From a virus: a stretch of DNA of 64,000 nucleotides. The notes beneath the pieces were generated by a model. It saw nothing but the letters and a program-made list of their open reading frames with translations, was not told where the DNA came from and ran no database searches. Both the position numbers and the translations under genes were made by a program. Shown in pieces: positions 28,951-38,195 of this stretch. How positions within the stretch are numbered: position 1 is the first letter of the stretch; each line of letters starts with the position of its first letter. Location of the stretch: IMG/VR virus record IMGVR_UViG_3300043436_003929, positions 4,664 to 68,663 of that record, one strand, 5' to 3'.

Positions 28951-29628
28951 TTAATAATTTTCTTTAGTGTGGTAACACGTAACCTTATCTATCATAACGC
29001 CAATCTCCCCACTTTCTAACATAAATTTTTTTAATCTATTCCACAAGTCGGCATCTGATGGGTAGATTCTACCTTCTTCAGCATATGTGTCTCTATATCT
29101 TAAATGACATTTTGAAAAATCAATACAAACTGATGAATGTATTAAAAAAGAATTTTCAGGGTAGTATGGGTTAGTAATTTGGGGTGGAAATATTTGACCA
29201 TCAAAGTTTAGTGATTTAGTTACTATGATAATAAAATTATCATTAAGTTTTTGTGATATTTCCTCTAAGTGATTTGTTTCCCAAAAATCATCATGATCTA
29301 AATGACAAATATGGTTAATCCCTTCAGATAAACATTTCTCAATACCATAGTTATTGGCATTTACACCACCTGTTGTCCATAAAATTTTTCCTTGGATGTA
29401 CTTACTTCTCTCAACTGCGTGAGGTAAGTTTTCATAGTATATTTTATCTTTATCGATAATAGAGGTTGCTAATTCTATAAACTCATCATTATCTTCATAA
29501 TCATCGCCTATTAAAAAAACTTTATAGTTTTGGTATGTTTGATTTTTAATGGATGTTAATGCGTGAGTTAAATTAATTTTGGTTGACCCGTCTTTTCTTT
29601 TGTATGTTGGTATTACAATTCCTATCAT
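28951..29628 (-). CDS. Glycosyltransferase family 2
   Basis: IVIPTY, SIKNQTY, LIGD, CHLDHDDFW..NHL, DADLW. Confidence 0.9.
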   Translation of the reverse strand: MIGIVIPTYKRKDGSTKINLTHALTSIKNQTYQNYKVFLIGDDYEDNDEFIELATSIIDKDKIYYENLPHAVERSKYIQGKILWTTGGVNANNYGIEKCLSEGINHICHLDHDDFWETNHLEEISQKLNDNFIIIVTKSLNFDGQIFPPQITNPYYPENSFLIHSSVCIDFSKCHLRYRDTYAEEGRIYPSDADLWNRLKKFMLESGEIGVMIDKVTCYHTKENY

Positions 29629-29631
29629 ATA

Positions 29632-30240
29632 TTACACTATTTTTTTTATAATAAAACAATTTCCGTCTTTCATATTTTCAGGTCTTGCACCAAACTCATT
29701 TGGAATGGTACCAATAATTTCGTAGTCGGTTAAATTTTTAACTATATGGTCAACGGCTATTTTAACTGATGGACTATATTCTTTATCATTATAATCATCA
29801 AAAATAATATATCCACCCTTATTAACAAGATTAGAGTACATTTCAAAATCTTTAATAACACCATCATAGCTGTGATCACCATCAATGAACAATATGTCTA
29901 TATTATCTACAATATTAATTAATTTATTGTAGGTTTCGGTTAATTGTGAATCACCTTTAATGTATGTATATTGATTATTTAACACATTTAGTTTATCCAC
30001 ATTACCTTTTACAATATCTGGGTTAATCGGTGTTCCTAAATCAATACTAACCACATTAGTATTTGGTCTTTGTAACATTAAACAAGAGGATCCACCAGCA
30101 TAACAACCAATTTCAACATAGTTTATTTTTTTATCTTCAAAAAGATTACCTAAATCAAATAAAATATAATAGTGATGATGAAAAGTTTGGTTGTTAATAT
30201 CGTCAGATATTTTCTGAGTTAAAATTAGAGATTCTTTCAT
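29632..30240 (-). CDS. Class I SAM-dependent methyltransferase (Methyltransf_24-like)
   Basis: VEIGCYAGGS, DILFIDGDHSY, GGYIIFDDY. Confidence 0.9.
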   Translation of the reverse strand: MKESLILTQKISDDINNQTFHHHYYILFDLGNLFEDKKINYVEIGCYAGGSSCLMLQRPNTNVVSIDLGTPINPDIVKGNVDKLNVLNNQYTYIKGDSQLTETYNKLINIVDNIDILFIDGDHSYDGVIKDFEMYSNLVNKGGYIIFDDYNDKEYSPSVKIAVDHIVKNLTDYEIIGTIPNEFGARPENMKDGNCFIIKKIV

Positions 30241-30256
30241 TTTATTGACCCCGCCT

Positions 30257-30970
30257 TTAATTTTGGATAAACATTTTAGTTGGTTTAATATTTGAATAAT
30301 TTGGATTTATCTTCAAATAATGAGGTAAATTCATTCTCACATATTCGTGTATATCAACCACACCACCATGAATCATAAAAGGTTTAGTTTGACCTTCGAA
30401 ATGAATCATCGGTGAACTTGTAATGTATGCGACATCAAATCCATTTTCATATAAATTGTGGAAAAGAAAATCATCACCACAATATGTTTTTAGTTGTTCT
30501 GGAATTATGGTAAATAATGATCTTCTAATACTAAAATCCCAACCTTGCATATATTTTTTTGGTTCAACAACAACATATTCTGGTATGTCTTTTTTAGTTG
30601 TGTAACTATCGTGGTTTGTTGAATGAACGGCAATACCGACATTAGGTTCGTTTTCAAAAACATGTAAAACATCCGAAATAAAATTATCGTAAATTAAAAC
30701 ATCGTTATTTAAAAAACATAAAATGTCTTCGGTGTATGTTTTATAAAACCAATTCCAAACTGAATTTACGGGATCGTTGGTTTTATTTTTTATAACATCA
30801 ATACCTTTATCCACAAAATGATTTAACATTTCTTCTGTGCCTGGCTGATTAGAATTCTGATCAAATAATGTTATTTTGAAGTCGTTAAATTTTTGATTAA
30901 GTAATAAATTAATACAATTTTCAGTGTATTTTTTATTATTTAAATTTATTACTAAAACTCTTATTTTCAT
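30257..30970 (-). CDS. Glycosyltransferase family 2
   Basis: VINLN..KYT..CI..L, CFLNNDV, YCGDDF, H.EGQT. Confidence 0.85.
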   Translation of the reverse strand: MKIRVLVINLNNKKYTENCINLLLNQKFNDFKITLFDQNSNQPGTEEMLNHFVDKGIDVIKNKTNDPVNSVWNWFYKTYTEDILCFLNNDVLIYDNFISDVLHVFENEPNVGIAVHSTNHDSYTTKKDIPEYVVVEPKKYMQGWDFSIRRSLFTIIPEQLKTYCGDDFLFHNLYENGFDVAYITSSPMIHFEGQTKPFMIHGGVVDIHEYVRMNLPHYLKINPNYSNIKPTKMFIQN

Positions 30971-30977
30971 ATTTTAT

Positions 30978-32135
30978 TTATAAATTAATTTTATAACCTT
31001 GTGGGTTAGTTCCTGGTTTGAAAAACTTCAATCTGTTGTTGTATGACTCACTCATTTGTTGTAATTTCTTTGTGATTTCATCAATCTCAATTACATGTAA
31101 AATATACCCTTCATTTAATAAGTCAACACACAATTGAAATTGCTGTGATTCCTCTAAAATGTTAGTTCCCTTTTTATATGTGATATGGTCCATAACAAAC
31201 GGAACCGATTTATCAGGATTTTTTTGTATAAAATGATTTTTAAGGAAATTAGAATAATTTCTATTTAAACCATCTATAGCAAGAGGTAGGTTTAAATCTA
31301 ATCCAAGATTTTTAGATAAATTCCCCAACACTCTATTATCATTAGGTAATGAAGGACCGCCATATCCAAAACCATGTTTTAATGATTTTTTCCCAATCCT
31401 TGAATCTCCACCAATTGTGGTTAAAACCATATCAATCTCATTCTCAAGACCCATCTTAGACATTAAACTCCCAATCATATTACCATATGTAATTTTAGTC
31501 GCAACAAAACTACTAATTGCCAATTTGGTCAATTCAGCAGATTTAATTGACATACTATAAACATTAACAGGGACTTTTAATATCTTATTGTAAATCCCAA
31601 TTAACTCGTTAGTTAATTCTTGATATTCGGTACCAATTAAAATGATGTCCGAAGATTCAATACTTGATACAATACTACCGTTAGGTGTTTGTAATGGATT
31701 ATATGCCACTTGGATGTTAAACATATTTAACCTCTCCTGTATTTGTGATACATCACCAACATTAGTTGTACTACCAACAACAAATCTTTTTTGATACAAA
31801 GGTATATCTAATGAAGACGCACTATAAAAATTGGTAATAAAATCAAAAACTTTTCTTGTATCATAATCACCATCAATATTGATCGGTGTTTCAACATAAG
31901 TAAAAATTATGTCCGAGTTTTTAATAACTTCTAATGTATCCGTTGTGGCACTAAATTGCTTAGTGTCAAATAACATAGATTGAATCATAGGTTCATTTGT
32001 AATACAAACTTTTTGATTTAAGTTATAAACATAATCTTCATTATCATCATGTATCATAACTTTATATCCGTTTTTCTCACATAGTAATCCAAACGAAAGT
32101 CCTATATTTTTACCACCAATAATTCCTATTATCAT
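30978..32135 (-). CDS. UDP-glucose/GDP-mannose dehydrogenase family protein with divergent catalytic residues
   Basis: NEP, IIFTYVETP, SAELTKL...ATKI, GGDSRIG, GFGYGGPSLPND. Confidence 0.85.
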   Translation of the reverse strand: MIIGIIGGKNIGLSFGLLCEKNGYKVMIHDDNEDYVYNLNQKVCITNEPMIQSMLFDTKQFSATTDTLEVIKNSDIIFTYVETPINIDGDYDTRKVFDFITNFYSASSLDIPLYQKRFVVGSTTNVGDVSQIQERLNMFNIQVAYNPLQTPNGSIVSSIESSDIILIGTEYQELTNELIGIYNKILKVPVNVYSMSIKSAELTKLAISSFVATKITYGNMIGSLMSKMGLENEIDMVLTTIGGDSRIGKKSLKHGFGYGGPSLPNDNRVLGNLSKNLGLDLNLPLAIDGLNRNYSNFLKNHFIQKNPDKSVPFVMDHITYKKGTNILEESQQFQLCVDLLNEGYILHVIEIDEITKKLQQMSESYNNRLKFFKPGTNPQGYKINL

Positions 32136-33769
32136 AAAATTTTCAAATATTCATCCTTTATTTGTTGAGCAACCTTTAATGTATGGTATTTTTCTATGTC
32201 AGTTGGGGGATTGAATTTTTCTTTGGATAAGATAAATCCTCCCGAATCTACTTTATATATCCAACTTGGTTTTCCACACATCCAACCTTCAATAGTTGTT
32301 CTACCTAATTGAATTCCCGCAGTTTCATATGATTTCAAAATATATTCTTCAATATTCCAAGTTGCAGGGAAATGTTTAACATGAGGTTCCAATAAAATGT
32401 TCTCTAAATAGTTTCCATTGTTTTGACCAACTAACCATAACTCTTTACCTATCTCTCTGGTATATTCAATTAAATCTAAAATTGATTCTTTCCTCAAATA
32501 ATCTATGGTTCCAACAAATAGAACGTAGTTTTCAGTTTGAATATCTTTTGGTTGGAATTTAGTATTATCAACAGGATTATAAATAACCTCAATCATTTCC
32601 TCAGGAATCTCAAAGTTTTCAATCAAGTGTGATTTAATCTCAGGTCTAATTGCAATATATTTTTTAATTGTTTTATCCATGATTGGATCTTCCAATCCTT
32701 GACCCATAACCTCAGAATGGATTGTAGAAATTTTATTTAACTCAGGATACATATTAAGTATTCTTTCAGTTACAGGTTTATGTTGTATGTGTATGATATC
32801 GTAATCGGCCTCAGATATTTTGTATAAATTATTAAGTATTGATACTTGTTGTCCTTCAGGAGTATTAAACGACCACTTACCGTCACCAAGTTTAAATCCA
32901 GGTGCGTTTTCAAACGAAAGACATTTAATACCTATTTTTTTAGCCATTTCGGTTAATGGACCACCAATTTGAGATAAAATAGTCACACTACAATTTAGTT
33001 TCATTAAACTTTTTGCTAGTTCATAAACATATAATTCAGAACCTGTAAAATTTCTAAAAAACAAACATGAGATTAAAACTTTTATTCTTTTGTTTGGATC
33101 AAATGGGATTTTATTAGGTAAATTTTCAGAATATTTCTGAATAAAAAACTCTCTGTTTCTCTCCCACTGTTCGTTTGTTTGACCTATGGATTTGTGAGTA
33201 ATTCTCACATTTGTTATAACACCAATTTTAACACCTTCTAAATGATTTCTAAAACAAAATGCTATGTCGTAAAAATGAAAACCTTCAAATTCTTCATCAA
33301 AATTATGTTTAATTCTTGACTTACTTAGAGCAATAAAAAGACCATCAACAATTACTGTTTGTTGTATTGTTTTACCTAAATCTTCAGAGTATTTTGAAGT
33401 CCATTTTTTACCATTACTCTCGTGATTAACAATCCCAAACATATTTCTTCTACGATTAACTTCCCACCATCTACCAGTTTCGGACATGTGAGTAGTTCCC
33501 GCAACACCTAAAATGCCATAATCACTTTTTTCAAAGTGATCTTTAATTTTGTAATACCAACTATTGGTATCAAAATAAATGTCATCGTGACACAATACAA
33601 CTATATCGGTGGTAGACTCTTCAATTATCTCATTATAAACTTGAGATAGTGACTTTTCACCATTATTTATTTTCTCAATTACCTCTATTTTTTTAAATCC
33701 TGAACTTTTTTTCAAGTATTCAATAAATTTTGGGTTATGTTCTCTTGTTGAATATCCTATTGTAATCAT
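32132..33769 (-). CDS. Bifunctional glycosyltransferase (GT2-like N-domain plus GT4-like C-domain)
   Basis: VLCHDDI, DGLFIA, FHFYD, then GSELYVYELA...IYNPVD...GRTTIEGWMCGKP. Confidence 0.85.
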   Translation of the reverse strand: MITIGYSTREHNPKFIEYLKKSSGFKKIEVIEKINNGEKSLSQVYNEIIEESTTDIVVLCHDDIYFDTNSWYYKIKDHFEKSDYGILGVAGTTHMSETGRWWEVNRRRNMFGIVNHESNGKKWTSKYSEDLGKTIQQTVIVDGLFIALSKSRIKHNFDEEFEGFHFYDIAFCFRNHLEGVKIGVITNVRITHKSIGQTNEQWERNREFFIQKYSENLPNKIPFDPNKRIKVLISCLFFRNFTGSELYVYELAKSLMKLNCSVTILSQIGGPLTEMAKKIGIKCLSFENAPGFKLGDGKWSFNTPEGQQVSILNNLYKISEADYDIIHIQHKPVTERILNMYPELNKISTIHSEVMGQGLEDPIMDKTIKKYIAIRPEIKSHLIENFEIPEEMIEVIYNPVDNTKFQPKDIQTENYVLFVGTIDYLRKESILDLIEYTREIGKELWLVGQNNGNYLENILLEPHVKHFPATWNIEEYILKSYETAGIQLGRTTIEGWMCGKPSWIYKVDSGGFILSKEKFNPPTDIEKYHTLKVAQQIKDEYLKIL

Positions 33770-33771
33770 AA

Positions 33772-34398
33772 TTAAAATATATTTGTTGAACCAAACCCAT
33801 TATCACCTCTATCTTTATTTTCGACTTGTTCTACTTTTTCAAAACTAACAAATTTACCTTGAACAACAGGACATAAAACAGCTTGTCCCACCTTCATACC
33901 TTTTGGGATTGTTACTGTTGTATTATTGGTGTTGAATACAATAACTTGTATCTCACCAGTATAACCTTGATCAACAGTTCCTGGTGTATTGAGAACGGTT
34001 AATCCTTGTTTAATTGCTAAACCACTCTTAGGTCTTACCTGTATTTCATAACCTTCATCAAATGATGCCTTTATTCCTGTTGGAACTAACGCTCTTCCAA
34101 AAGGTCCAATAATGACTTCTTCTGTTGCGTGTAAATCAAAACCAGAATCCGAAGGATATGCGTATTTTGGAAAAACAGCATCTTCATGAACCAATTCAAT
34201 TTTAACCGTTCTTAATCTTGCGATATCGTTTATTTCTTTTTCCATTTCATTAAATGAAAGACCTAACATATCTTCTAATTCTTTTTGATATTCTTCGTCA
34301 GGTTGAATTCCTAATTCTGATTGAATCTTTTCAAATTGCTTTTCAATCTCTTCTCTAATTTTTGGGTCGAAATGACCAAGGTTTCCTAAATCTAACAT
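33772..34398 (-). CDS. dut: Trimeric dUTPase with N-terminal extension
   Basis: SGFDL, RPKSGLA, GTVDQGYTGEI, GQAV, RGDNGFGST. Confidence 0.93.
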   Translation of the reverse strand: MLDLGNLGHFDPKIREEIEKQFEKIQSELGIQPDEEYQKELEDMLGLSFNEMEKEINDIARLRTVKIELVHEDAVFPKYAYPSDSGFDLHATEEVIIGPFGRALVPTGIKASFDEGYEIQVRPKSGLAIKQGLTVLNTPGTVDQGYTGEIQVIVFNTNNTTVTIPKGMKVGQAVLCPVVQGKFVSFEKVEQVENKDRGDNGFGSTNIF

Positions 34399-35099
34399 TA
34401 TTTTAATTCGTTTAATTTTTTTATTACATCAATCAATACTAACACATCTTTTTCACAATATTTTACAATACCATCAATATCTTTTTTAACCCAAAATGCT
34501 TCATGAACTTTATTACCCGTTACTTCCATTGTTTTTGAAGATTCAACACCTAAACAAACACACATAAGTTCTAAAGAAGCAATCGAACCATAACCACCAT
34601 ATTGCCATAAATCCTTAGTGTCTAACGCCCTGATTTCCCAAGGTTTTGTGTCGTGACCTGGTAATATTTTTGGAGGCAATATACCATTCATAATCATTCT
34701 TTTCGCCATCATTGGAATGTCAAAACCTTTAACATTATGACCACACAAGAAAAATCCAAGTTCTCCAACTCTGTATAACAATTTTTGAACGTCTTGTAAT
34801 AATTTCTTTTCATCAAGGTCACTAAATGTTTGTATTTTTGTTTCACCTTTGTCTGTAACAAACGCAACACTAACACAAGCAATTCTTGCAAATTCGGGAA
34901 CCAAAGCAGCTCTATTCACAAACATCTGACCAACACCTTTATCGGCATCTTCAGGAAATCTTTTTTGAAACCAATCAAAATAGTTTTCAAATTGAAATGA
35001 GAGAGCTTCGTTATATTTAACCAAAGAATCCCAATCAGGTTGAACACCCACAGTTTCAATGTCTAAAAATAATATTTTTGTTATTGGTATGTTTATCAT
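34398..35099 (-). CDS. PolB-like 3'-5' exonuclease (DnaQ superfamily)
   Basis: LFLDIET, GHNVKGFDIP, YCEKDV (ExoI-III). Confidence 0.88.
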   Translation of the reverse strand: MINIPITKILFLDIETVGVQPDWDSLVKYNEALSFQFENYFDWFQKRFPEDADKGVGQMFVNRAALVPEFARIACVSVAFVTDKGETKIQTFSDLDEKKLLQDVQKLLYRVGELGFFLCGHNVKGFDIPMMAKRMIMNGILPPKILPGHDTKPWEIRALDTKDLWQYGGYGSIASLELMCVCLGVESSKTMEVTGNKVHEAFWVKKDIDGIVKYCEKDVLVLIDVIKKLNELK

Positions 35100-35103
35100 T
35101 TTC

Positions 35104-36312
35104 TTATTTGATTATTGATCTATAAAATTCTGCCCTATCTTTTGTCACATTCGCCAAATCATACTTATCTTTAACGGTTTCATATAACCTCTCACCCATA
35201 TCTTTCGCCATATTTGGATTTTTAATTAATTTTTCAATGTATTTTGCCCAATCAGAATGATTTCTATTTTCATTTACCAACATAGCATTTCCATCAACAA
35301 AATTACCATTATCCAAACAATGTTTCAAGTCAATTGTGTATGGTCCAACATTTGACGCAATAATCGCCTTTTTATAAAAACCCGCTTCAATAACTTTTAA
35401 TTGTGATTTAACTCTGTTAAACAAATGATTTTTTATCGGCGCCAAAGATACATCAAATTTTGAATAATTCTTGGCATAAGATGTAACAGGTTTTGTCCAC
35501 ACTCTTAAATAAGGTTCATTAATTTCATTTGGATGAGATTCTTGTGAATAATTTAATAGATATTTTTTATAATCCTCAGACAATATCGATAAATTTTGAG
35601 TGAATATTTTTTCGTATTGAGCCCAAACTGTTTCGTGAGGTAAAATATTTCTTTTCTTTTGCTCACCTGTTTGAGGATTTATTTCAGTTACAGTTCCTCT
35701 TGTATCAAAACCACATAAAACAAATTGTAATTTGTCTTTGTATTGAGTTAACCTTCCAAAATCCAATAGTTGAATATCATGTAAGTGAGATGATCCACCT
35801 AACCAACCAACTCTCAATCTATCCGATTCAAGTGTTGGTTCTTTAAATTGAGGTTCATTTGGATTAATTGCGTTTGGAAAAACTACAACATTCTTATTTA
35901 GTTTTTTTATTTCGTCCGCAAATATGGTTGTTGTGGTTGTAACATATTTTGAAGCCTTCAAATTTGCCATAATTTTTTCATTAATCTTATGGACTTTAAT
36001 AATATCGTGGATTGGGTGCTCTTTTCCTGGCATCCAATAATCGTCAATATCACATACGGTTACAATACCAAACGCATCTAACATTCTAATTAAAGCGTTT
36101 GCTCTATCAAAATCATTACCAATACTTCGATGGAATACAACTATTTGATATTGTCTCCAAAAATTTATATCATCATATGATGGTTCATAAACAATATCGA
36201 CATGAAATTCGTTTCCATATAAATTTTGTAAGAAAATGTGGGGATCTACTGATCTGAATTTACCCACGCCTGTTCTATCGGATGGGACAACTAATACTTT
36301 GATTTTAGACAT
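35104..36312 (-). CDS. GT-B glycosyltransferase
   Basis: DIDDYW, FPNAI, VGWLGGSSHLHD, DVSLAPI...FNRVKSQLKVIEAG...IIASNVGPY. Confidence 0.88.
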   Translation of the reverse strand: MSKIKVLVVPSDRTGVGKFRSVDPHIFLQNLYGNEFHVDIVYEPSYDDINFWRQYQIVVFHRSIGNDFDRANALIRMLDAFGIVTVCDIDDYWMPGKEHPIHDIIKVHKINEKIMANLKASKYVTTTTTIFADEIKKLNKNVVVFPNAINPNEPQFKEPTLESDRLRVGWLGGSSHLHDIQLLDFGRLTQYKDKLQFVLCGFDTRGTVTEINPQTGEQKKRNILPHETVWAQYEKIFTQNLSILSEDYKKYLLNYSQESHPNEINEPYLRVWTKPVTSYAKNYSKFDVSLAPIKNHLFNRVKSQLKVIEAGFYKKAIIASNVGPYTIDLKHCLDNGNFVDGNAMLVNENRNHSDWAKYIEKLIKNPNMAKDMGERLYETVKDKYDLANVTKDRAEFYRSIIK

Positions 36313-36367
36313 AAAAAATTAATATATTTATAAAAATATAGTAATTTAAGTCCAATAAATAAAGAGG

Positions 36368-37003
36368 TTAAGATAATTTTTTGATTTTGGTCACTTTACC
36401 TTCGAAAACATGCTTTCCAACTTTAAAACTAAAAACCTCATTAGATTTTTCAAAACTTTCAGCAATTAGACCATTTTCTTGTAAAGCTTCACTAACCGCT
36501 TCATTAATCATTTTTTTGATTAATTTGTAATCAACACCACCTATTGAAGGTTGTGTTTGTTGGGTTTGTTGTTTTGGTTTTGCCGACTCAGGAATATAAT
36601 TTTCTTTGTTTTTGTTCATCAATCTTGACGCTTTTTCGATCAATTCATCTGATATTGTTGTCGATTGCTGTTGTGGTTGGGCTATTGGGTGCTCCATCAT
36701 TAATCTTTTAATTTCATCAGGTAATTTAGAGTTTTTAATAGCATCTACGGTTGGAACTCCAACTGGTTTTGTATTTTCTCTTGGTACATTTGATAAATAA
36801 GGTTGTTGAGTTTGTTGTGACTCTTGTAAGAATTCTTCAGGAATATTATATTTTGCGTTTGGTACGTTAAATGTTTCAGGTGAATTTAATTGTTGTAATG
36901 ATGTTGGTGGTAATCCTCCATTCATTGAATTTGAACTTTTAATTCCATCAGCCTTATCCATAATGGCCTTTGATAAAGCCAATTTATCCATTAATCTTTC
37001 CAT
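36368..37003 (-). CDS. Hypothetical Gln/Pro-rich protein
   Basis: 211-aa ORF; IKNSKLPDEIKRLMMEHPI. Confidence 0.6.
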   Translation of the reverse strand: MERLMDKLALSKAIMDKADGIKSSNSMNGGLPPTSLQQLNSPETFNVPNAKYNIPEEFLQESQQTQQPYLSNVPRENTKPVGVPTVDAIKNSKLPDEIKRLMMEHPIAQPQQQSTTISDELIEKASRLMNKNKENYIPESAKPKQQTQQTQPSIGGVDYKLIKKMINEAVSEALQENGLIAESFEKSNEVFSFKVGKHVFEGKVTKIKKLS

Positions 37004-37004
37004 C

Positions 37005-37430
37005 TTATTCTACATTTTGTTGTTCTGGTGTTGTAGGTGTTGTTGGATTATCAAATTTAGCATTAATAATAACACTAACCATACTTTTATCACCATTGAA
37101 ATTATAACCTGGTTTAGGTTGATTGTAAACCTCACCAGTTGGTTTGTTTGATAAAATTTTATCTAATCGAAAAAGTCTCCATCCTGGTAATGGTTGCTCT
37201 CCCTTAAATCCTGTATGTGAAGCACCTTCACTATCCCAAGCTCTTAAAACTTTATTTCCTGCTTTACTAACACCTAAGCAAACTGGTTCAATTTGTCTTA
37301 AACCTCTACCACCTGGTTCATCACCATCATAATAGATAATAGTAACTTTTCTACCTTTAATTGCGTCAATAATACTATCTAAAGATGCAATCTCACAAAT
37401 TAAACTTTTTAATGCTCCTTGTAGTTTCAT
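37005..37430 (-). CDS. Stand-alone WYL-domain protein
   Basis: AIKGRKVTIIYY...RQIEPVCLG...LRAW...WRLFRLDKI. Confidence 0.85.
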   Translation of the reverse strand: MKLQGALKSLICEIASLDSIIDAIKGRKVTIIYYDGDEPGGRGLRQIEPVCLGVSKAGNKVLRAWDSEGASHTGFKGEQPLPGWRLFRLDKILSNKPTGEVYNQPKPGYNFNGDKSMVSVIINAKFDNPTTPTTPEQQNVE

Positions 37431-37723
37431 TAGAAATTAGGATATACTTTTGACGAGTTAAATTTATTAATCTTGATATCATTTTTTCTTTCGACGATAT
37501 CATCAATAGTTCCTGCGTTTACGTTGTATACATCTAAGAACGCACCTGTACCTCTACCCATTGAGTCTCCATCAGCAAGTGCATCACGGTTAACTACCGA
37601 ATATTCATTACCGACAGAATTGAAATCATTTTTAGGGATTAATTTCGCTCTTTCTTGTTCGGCAATTGCTGTAAGAGCATTTGCTTCTGTTTGATTTAAA
37701 TCTACAGTGATTTGTGTTGACAT
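37430..37723 (-). CDS. Hypothetical protein
   Basis: 97-aa ORF; DALADGDSMGRGTG. Confidence 0.6.
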   Translation of the reverse strand: MSTQITVDLNQTEANALTAIAEQERAKLIPKNDFNSVGNEYSVVNRDALADGDSMGRGTGAFLDVYNVNAGTIDDIVERKNDIKINKFNSSKVYPNF

Positions 37724-37727
37724 AATT

Positions 37728-38195
37728 TTATATTTTTGATATTAGTTCGTTTATTCTCTTAACATCTTCATTAACCGATGGATTATATTTATCTGTGGTT
37801 TTTAAATGTTCTTGAGATGGTCTTACATTAGTAAAATCTTTTTTCTCATGAGGATCAATAAATTGATTCATCATACCTGTGTTCATTTTATTTGTTTTAC
37901 TATTTTTTACATACTCTCTCATTCTCCTCAACTCATCATTAACCCAGTTTTTTATTTCAACACCACCGTTTAATATAAATGAAGGTTCCTTATGATTACC
38001 CTTAAACGTATCGAAAAAGTTTTTAATCCTCTTCAATTGTTTGTAGGTGATAAATTTTTGAGATTGAAGTTCTTTATTTCTTTTATAACCTTCAGTATTC
38101 TCATCGGCATTCTTCACCATATGAAAACATTTTCTCATATGTTCCCTTTTATCTGAAGGAAATTCTATTTCATTATCGTATAAACTTCTATTCAC
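37728..38195 (-). CDS. Hypothetical protein
   Basis: 155-aa ORF. Confidence 0.6.
   Translation of the reverse strand: MNRSLYDNEIEFPSDKREHMRKCFHMVKNADENTEGYKRNKELQSQKFITYKQLKRIKNFFDTFKGNHKEPSFILNGGVEIKNWVNDELRRMREYVKNSKTNKMNTGMMNQFIDPHEKKDFTNVRPSQEHLKTTDKYNPSVNEDVKRINELISKI

Noticed and set aside
33772-34398. dUTPase inactivation (PKSG for PRSG, KVGQ for RIAQ)
   Set aside because: Substitutions are conservative, and the catalytic Asp of motif 3 and motif 5 are intact.
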